64,000 bases of DNA. It comes from an uncultured bacterium (GTDB lineage: Bacteria; Oederibacteriota; JAAXVQ01; JAUVAV01). Location of the stretch: NCBI GenBank assembly GCA_963710755.1, contig CAVQBK010000003.1, positions 992,001-1,056,000 on the forward strand. Direction: 5' to 3'. The notes under the pieces were generated by a model that worked only from the letters and a program-made list of their open reading frames with translations, was not told the origin of the DNA and did not search any database. The position numbers and the translations under genes were made by a program. Positions 58,720-64,000 of this stretch are shown here, piece after piece. Each line of letters begins with the position of its first letter. Within the stretch, counting starts at the first letter, position 1.

Positions 58720-60136
58720 CTATGGCATATTGGCGGTGGGGGTTGTGCTTATCAACAGCCTTACCTATATCAATTATCAGCAGGATGCCATGCTTCCGTT
58801 TTCCTTACTCTTTTTACCCCTGATCATTCTGGCCGGGTACTGGGAGGAAACCATTGGTGCTTTGGCCGTAACCGTGGTCTCGGTTTTAACCATGGTGGCC
58901 CTTAATTTACTGCGTATTGTCGATCCTAAAAACGCCATGGTGGCGGTTGTGACTTTTGGCATGGCTTTCGGTCTGGTGGCGCTTATCAACTATGACCGGG
59001 AACGCAAACATCGGCGCCGGCTGGAAGAACTTACACCCAAGGAACAGGAATTGGCTGCCGTACAGCAGCGCGTCAACACCATCAGGGAGCAAATCGAAGG
59101 TTATGAGAAACGACTAAGGGGTCTTATCAAAGTCTATCAGGTTACCAAGGTGCTGGGTGGCATGATCAAGCTAGTCCCCATGCTGGATGAAGCGCGCCTG
59201 ATTGTGTCCGGCATACTATCTTCCCATTTTCGGTCAGCCAACACGGAACCGGCGCGTCTGGCCATTTATATTCCCGACGAAGAATCAAGTGATTTTGTAA
59301 GAACCGGTTCGCGGGGGCTGGAAATTTCCGATGAGGGATTTCCGGAAAAAATCACGGCCAAACATTTGAAACGTTGGCTGGGGGAAGATTTGAATTCCGT
59401 GCTTATTGAAGATTTGCGGCAGGAAGAACGGTTTCGACCTTTTGCCGAACAGGTGACGTTTCGGGCCTTGATGGCAGTGCCGCTGGTGCTCAATGACATT
59501 GTGATCGGCGTGCTCATGATGGGGGCCAATAAACCGGCCAGTTTTTCGGCCCAGGAATTCAATAAGATTGAAGTGCTGGGGCGCCAAATTGCCCTGGCAC
59601 TCAAGAAGGTTTTTTTATATCGTAAGGTTCAAAAACTCTCGGTAACCGACAGCTTGACCGGGCTTTATGTGCGCCGTTTTTTCCATGAACGGCTGAACGA
59701 GGAGATTATCCGAGCCAAACGTTATCAACAACAGCTATGTCTGCTCATGCTCGATCTGGACCATTTTAAGGAGGTCAACGACCAATTTGGCCATCAGCAG
59801 GGAGACACGGTGCTGATGGAAGTTGCCCGGCGGCTGCAAACCGTGGCCGGTCAAACCGCCTTGGTGGCCAGGTATGGCGGAGAGGAATTCGCGGTCATCC
59901 TGCCCAACACTAGTGCCAAAGCAGGTTCGGAATTGGGCAAGATCATTAATCGTCATATGAAAGCTTCACCCATTAGTCTTGCCGGGGGCCAGGGCATTAC
60001 CTTAACGATTTCCATTGGTGTCAGTGCCTTTCCGGCCCTGGCCAGAGATCAGGACAATCTGCTGGCGTCAGCCGATCAAGCCTTATATCAGGCCAAGCAC
60101 GAAGGCCGTGACCGGGTGGTGGTATTTCAGGGTTGA
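58700..60136 (+). CDS. Membrane GAF-GGDEF diguanylate cyclase
   Basis: N-terminal TM segments, coiled coil, GAF, TDSLTGL, DLDHFK and RYGGEEF; no RxxD. Confidence 0.93.
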   Translation: MTRTRRNYGILAVGVVLINSLTYINYQQDAMLPFSLLFLPLIILAGYWEETIGALAVTVVSVLTMVALNLLRIVDPKNAMVAVVTFGMAFGLVALINYDRERKHRRRLEELTPKEQELAAVQQRVNTIREQIEGYEKRLRGLIKVYQVTKVLGGMIKLVPMLDEARLIVSGILSSHFRSANTEPARLAIYIPDEESSDFVRTGSRGLEISDEGFPEKITAKHLKRWLGEDLNSVLIEDLRQEERFRPFAEQVTFRALMAVPLVLNDIVIGVLMMGANKPASFSAQEFNKIEVLGRQIALALKKVFLYRKVQKLSVTDSLTGLYVRRFFHERLNEEIIRAKRYQQQLCLLMLDLDHFKEVNDQFGHQQGDTVLMEVARRLQTVAGQTALVARYGGEEFAVILPNTSAKAGSELGKIINRHMKASPISLAGGQGITLTISIGVSAFPALARDQDNLLASADQALYQAKHEGRDRVVVFQG

Positions 60137-60169
60137 GGCCGATGATTAAAAAATCTTAGGAGAAAAGGA

Positions 60170-60198
60170 TTGACAAGGCCGAAGGGGTTAGCTATACT
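60170..60198 (+). promoter_or_regulatory. Sigma70 promoter of rho
   Basis: TTGACA-17 nt-TATACT. Confidence 0.8.
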
Positions 60199-60676
60199 TT
60201 TTTCAACCTACCGGACGGTAACATCAAAACGTTTTGATTTCAAGTTTTCCCTCACATTTAGAATCACCTTATCGGGAATATTGTCATGACCGGATTGTAC
60301 TTTTTTCCCTTTTTTTATCAATAACGCATGTCCAAGGCCGATACTGTGATCACCGATCGGAGAGTGTGGTTTACTACCAGGACAATATCCTCAATAAGCA
60401 TTGTGGTGGTTCCTGGAGGTTAGTGACGGCAAACTGGCGGCAAGGGAAACCATCATCCCAAAGGTATTCGCAGTTCGGTTAGTCATGCTAAAGACGACTC
60501 ATGGGACTCATTTCAAAAAGGCATTTCATTACGAAAACACAATTTCCTTTTAGGTTTTAGTCAAGCACGACAATCATCGGGCCGCTCCAATCGCTCTTTA
60601 AATCCCGATTTATTATATATAAAATGCTGCCGCCGGCAGCCAAGTTAAGCATCACCCAAAGGGGGAAGAAAGCTTT

Positions 60677-61927
60677 ATGAACGTTACGGAATTAAAACAT
60701 AAAAGCATTTCCGAATTAAACGCCATGGCCAAGAAAATGAAACTGACCGGCGTGGCCGGGTTGAAGACCCAGGAGCTCATCTTTAGAATCATTGAAGCGC
60801 AGGCCTCGAAAAATGGTGATATCAGCGCGGAAGGCGTATTGGAAGTCTTGCCCGACGGCTTTGGCTTCATGCGCTCTCCCGATTATAATTATCTTCCCGG
60901 ACCGGATGATATTTATGTTTCGCCCTCCCAGATCAGACGATTCTCCCTGCGTACGGGGGACACCATTACCGGGCAAGTCCGGCCGCCCAAGGAAGGCGAA
61001 CGTTATTTTGCGCTTTTAAAAGTGGAGAAGATTAATTTTCAAAAACCGGAAAAACAAGAAGATAAAATTCTCTTCGATAATCTCACCCCTATCCATCCCC
61101 GGGAGAGGCTGAATCTTGAATTCAAAGAAGGGGATATCAGCACGCGTATCATGGATCTGTTGATTCCCATCGGCAAGGGACAACGCGGGTTGATTGTCGC
61201 CCCCCCGCGTACTGGGAAGACTATTTTGCTGCAAAAAATAGCCAATGCCATCACCGCCAACCATCCCGATGTGTGGCTAATCGTTCTTCTGATTGATGAA
61301 CGGCCGGAAGAAGTGACGGACATGCAGCGCTCAGTTAAAGGCGAAGTGGTGTCGTCGACCTTTGATGAACCGGCCGACCGCCATGTGCAAGTTGCGGACA
61401 TGGTCATTGAGAAAGCCAAACGTTTGGTGGAGACAGGCATTGACGTGGTCATTTTGCTTGACTCGATCACCCGTCTTGGCAGGGCCCATAATACCATTAT
61501 TCCTTCCTCCGGGAAAATCCTCTCCGGTGGCGTGGATTCCAACGCCCTGCAACGTCCCAAACGTTTCTTTGGCGCGGCGCGCGCACTGGAAGAAGGCGGC
61601 AGCTTGACCATTATTGCCACGGCCCTGGTGGATACGGGCAGCAGGATGGACGAGGTTATCTTTGAGGAATTTAAAGGCACCGGTAATATGGAACTTTGTT
61701 TGGACCGCAAACTGGTGGAAAAACGTGTGTTCCCCGCCATTGATATTAGCCGATCCGGCACCCGGCGTGAAGAACTGCTCATTGGGCCCGACGATTTGGC
61801 CCGTATCTGGGTTCTAAGAAAAGTATTAAATTCCATTTCCAGTGTGGAAGCCATGGAGTTGCTCATCGAGAAGATGGGCAAGACCAAAACCAACAAGGCC
61901 TTCCTGGAAGCCATGAATGTGGGCTAA
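60677..61927 (+). CDS. rho: Transcription termination factor Rho
   Basis: [39 protein letters not shown] and [10 protein letters not shown]. Confidence 0.99.
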   Translation: MNVTELKHKSISELNAMAKKMKLTGVAGLKTQELIFRIIEAQASKNGDISAEGVLEVLPDGFGFMRSPDYNYLPGPDDIYVSPSQIRRFSLRTGDTITGQVRPPKEGERYFALLKVEKINFQKPEKQEDKILFDNLTPIHPRERLNLEFKEGDISTRIMDLLIPIGKGQRGLIVAPPRTGKTILLQKIANAITANHPDVWLIVLLIDERPEEVTDMQRSVKGEVVSSTFDEPADRHVQVADMVIEKAKRLVETGIDVVILLDSITRLGRAHNTIIPSSGKILSGGVDSNALQRPKRFFGAARALEEGGSLTIIATALVDTGSRMDEVIFEEFKGTGNMELCLDRKLVEKRVFPAIDISRSGTRREELLIGPDDLARIWVLRKVLNSISSVEAMELLIEKMGKTKTNKAFLEAMNVG

Positions 61928-62093
61928 CTCAAAATTTTGTGGGCAAGCATGGGAGGGTTAACCCTTGGCGCCTGTGCGTGAGATATGTTTTTTGAATTAA
62001 CGGTTGCTAAAAAAAAGGGCTTGTGCTAGACTAGCGCACACTTTTTAAGGAAGGGAACCTATCCTATCGGTTCCCAGGTTTTGGAGGCCAATT

Positions 62094-62303
62094 GTGAAAG
62101 AGAAGATTCATCCTAAATATGAAGCCACTACCGTGACCTGCGCCTGCGGCAATACCTTTGAAACGCGCACCACGGTAGCACCACAGCTGCGTGTGGAAAT
62201 TTGCTCCGCCTGTCACCCGTTCTTTACAGGTACGCAGAAACTGGTGGATACCGCAGGCCGGGTGGAAAAATTCCGTCGTCGTTATCAAAAGAAACAAGCT
62301 TAG
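62094..62303 (+). CDS. rpmE: 50S ribosomal protein L31 (Zn-binding type)
   Basis: [19 protein letters not shown] and GRVEKF; GTG start with GGAGG RBS. Confidence 0.98.
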   Translation: MKEKIHPKYEATTVTCACGNTFETRTTVAPQLRVEICSACHPFFTGTQKLVDTAGRVEKFRRRYQKKQA

Positions 62304-62318
62304 CTCAAGATCAATCTT

Positions 62319-62369
62319 AAGGCTCATTTTGGTCGATTTTTGGCCAGAATGAGCCTTTTGTTTCTTTTA
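62319..62369 (+). terminator. Intrinsic terminator after rpmE
   Basis: AAGGCTCATTTTGGTC / GGCCAGAATGAGCCTT stem followed by a T-rich tail. Confidence 0.75.
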
Positions 62370-62418
62370 CCCTGATGTGTGTTTGACATATCTGGGCAAA
62401 GGCGGTAAATGAGGACTT

Positions 62419-63105
62419 ATGAACGTACTATTGCTAAAACACACCCAGGATCCCGAACTCGTGGTGGCCCAAGCCGGCAAATTGTGCTATTCCGCAGTAG
62501 GGGTGAACGAGATTGCCCAACAATTAACGCCTGCTAAAACCGAAGCCTTTATTAAAAAACTTATTGAGCTTGGTCATTTTTCGGCTTTGGAACATGCTGT
62601 TTTTACCTTTGCGGTTGAAGGGGTGTCCCGCGCTTTAACCCATCAACTGGTCCGGCACCGTCTGGCTTCTTACTCTCAGCAGAGCCAGCGCTATGTCAGT
62701 ATGCACGATTTTCCCTATGTCACCCCGCCTTCTCTGGAAGCTAATCCGGCTTTGAAAACACGTTATCAAGAAGTCATGCAACGTCTGGGAGCAGACTATG
62801 AAGCCTTGCTGGAAGCTGGTGTACCCGCCGAAGATGCGCGCTATTTGCTGCCCAATGCCTGTGAAACCAAAATGGTGATCACCATGAATGCCCGGGAATT
62901 GCATCACTTTTTTAGACTGCGTTGTTGTAACCGCGCCCAATGGGAGATTCACGCCATGGCAGACCTGATGCTTAAAACCGTGAAAGCCGTGGCGCCGGGG
63001 TTGTTCGTGGGCGCCGGACCGGGTTGCGTGGCCGGGCCCTGCCCGGAGGGGTCTATGACTTGTGGTGAGGCCCGGGACGTTAAAGCCAAATATCAAGCCC
63101 TTTGA
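62419..63105 (+). CDS. thyX: FAD-dependent thymidylate synthase
   Basis: GHFSALEH, RHRLASYSQQSQRY, EDARYLLP and AQWEI. Confidence 0.98.
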   Translation: MNVLLLKHTQDPELVVAQAGKLCYSAVGVNEIAQQLTPAKTEAFIKKLIELGHFSALEHAVFTFAVEGVSRALTHQLVRHRLASYSQQSQRYVSMHDFPYVTPPSLEANPALKTRYQEVMQRLGADYEALLEAGVPAEDARYLLPNACETKMVITMNARELHHFFRLRCCNRAQWEIHAMADLMLKTVKAVAPGLFVGAGPGCVAGPCPEGSMTCGEARDVKAKYQAL

Positions 63106-63574
63106 GTTATAAGCACATTCCAAAACCGGGCAAGCCGGAAACAACATTAGCCTATGATCACTGGCTTTGAAATCAACAGTTAGTGATCGATCTCCCTACA
63201 TAAGGAGGATAAAAGGTGGATTGGCGGATGACAAGACGACGTGAAGCCTTTTGACGCCGGTGAGTTTAGAGCGTCCACAGTGGCCACACCGAAAATCCTG
63301 CTAGTCCCTTTCCAAAGGGGAGAAGTAATTATCTTGGTTTTGTTGTGGAAAGACCATTTTTTATAGTCTTTTTGATTGTTACCCCGGTCCGATTTTAGCC
63401 GGGGTTAAGAGGTCTTTAATTTTTACCTTATAAAGTCTATGGGCTCCGGCTAAGAACTTGTCCGAATAACGATGATGAAAAGAGCTTTGTATCTTTAAAT
63501 AATAAAAAAAATTTCGCAACAAGAACTAGCTACATAAGCAATGTAGAACTTGACGACTTACAATCGGAGAACCT

Positions 63575-64000
63575 ATGTGGGAAAAACTTAAAAAAGTTGA
63601 AGAAAAATTCATGGCGCTTGAAAAGGAGCTTTCCGATCCATCTATCATGAACGACCAAAAACGCTATCAGGATGTGGCTCGTAAACATGCTGAGCTATCA
63701 GAAATAGCGGAAGTACTGCGGAACCATCACCAGCTGGAAAAAGAGCTGGACGAAGCACGCCAAATGCTGGGCGCCGAGTCGGATATGGCGGCCCTGGCCG
63801 AGGAAGAGATCAGCTCCTTAACCGCGCGTCTGGCCCAAAACGAAACCCATTTAAAAGCTTTGCTGGTGCCTCGCGATCCCAATGACAGTAAAAATGTGTT
63901 TATGGAAATACGGGCCGGTACCGGCGGTGAGGAAGCGGCCTTGTTTGCTGCTGATTTGTTTCGTCTCTATACCCGGTATGCAGAACAGCGTCATTGGAAA
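63575..64000 (+). CDS. prfA: Peptide chain release factor 1 (3' partial)
   Basis: GGAGA RBS; MWEKLKKVEEKF...LLVPRDPNDSKNVFMEIRAGTGGEEAALFA; runs off the window. Confidence 0.95.
   Translation, partial: MWEKLKKVEEKFMALEKELSDPSIMNDQKRYQDVARKHAELSEIAEVLRNHHQLEKELDEARQMLGAESDMAALAEEEISSLTARLAQNETHLKALLVPRDPNDSKNVFMEIRAGTGGEEAALFAADLFRLYTRYAEQRHWK

Noticed and set aside
60234-60482. 82-aa TTG-start ORF in the rho leader
   Set aside because: It has no RBS and no recognisable features.
61039-61914. 291-aa ORF antisense to rho, and similar shadows over polA, ispG and rlmD
   Set aside because: They overlap conserved genes and show no protein-like motifs.

Overview
This window is bacterial chromosomal DNA with almost all genes on the + strand, and it is mostly housekeeping. 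It carries argJ (partial), rpsB-tsf-pyrH-frr-uppS-cdsA-dxr-rseP-ispG-proS, polC, murB (- strand), nusA-infB-ylxP-rbfA-DHH-truB-ribF, a STAS/PP2C module, HU, pcrA, glpK, a double-Cache MCP, gatCAB, rlmD, polA, coaE, two GAF-GGDEF genes, and rho-rpmE-thyX-prfA (partial). The main accessory block (about 14.4-24.1 kb) sits between proS and polC. It encodes a roughly 1480-aa secreted protein with about 24 Asn/Gly/Gln-rich 36-aa repeats and a 248-aa secreted protein with six related repeats. It also encodes a small acidic secreted protein, a CsgG/HfaB-like lipoprotein with a peptidoglycan-binding tail, and a TPR/FlgT_C-like protein. I interpret this block as a candidate functional-amyloid or beta-solenoid fibre system that is neither canonical curli nor canonical Fap. 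Other points of interest are a PolC lacking its embedded exonuclease, a rimP-type leader with no rimP gene, an IF2 P-loop D-to-N variant, and a structured leader before coaE. All family assignments come from motif recognition by eye; no searches were run.
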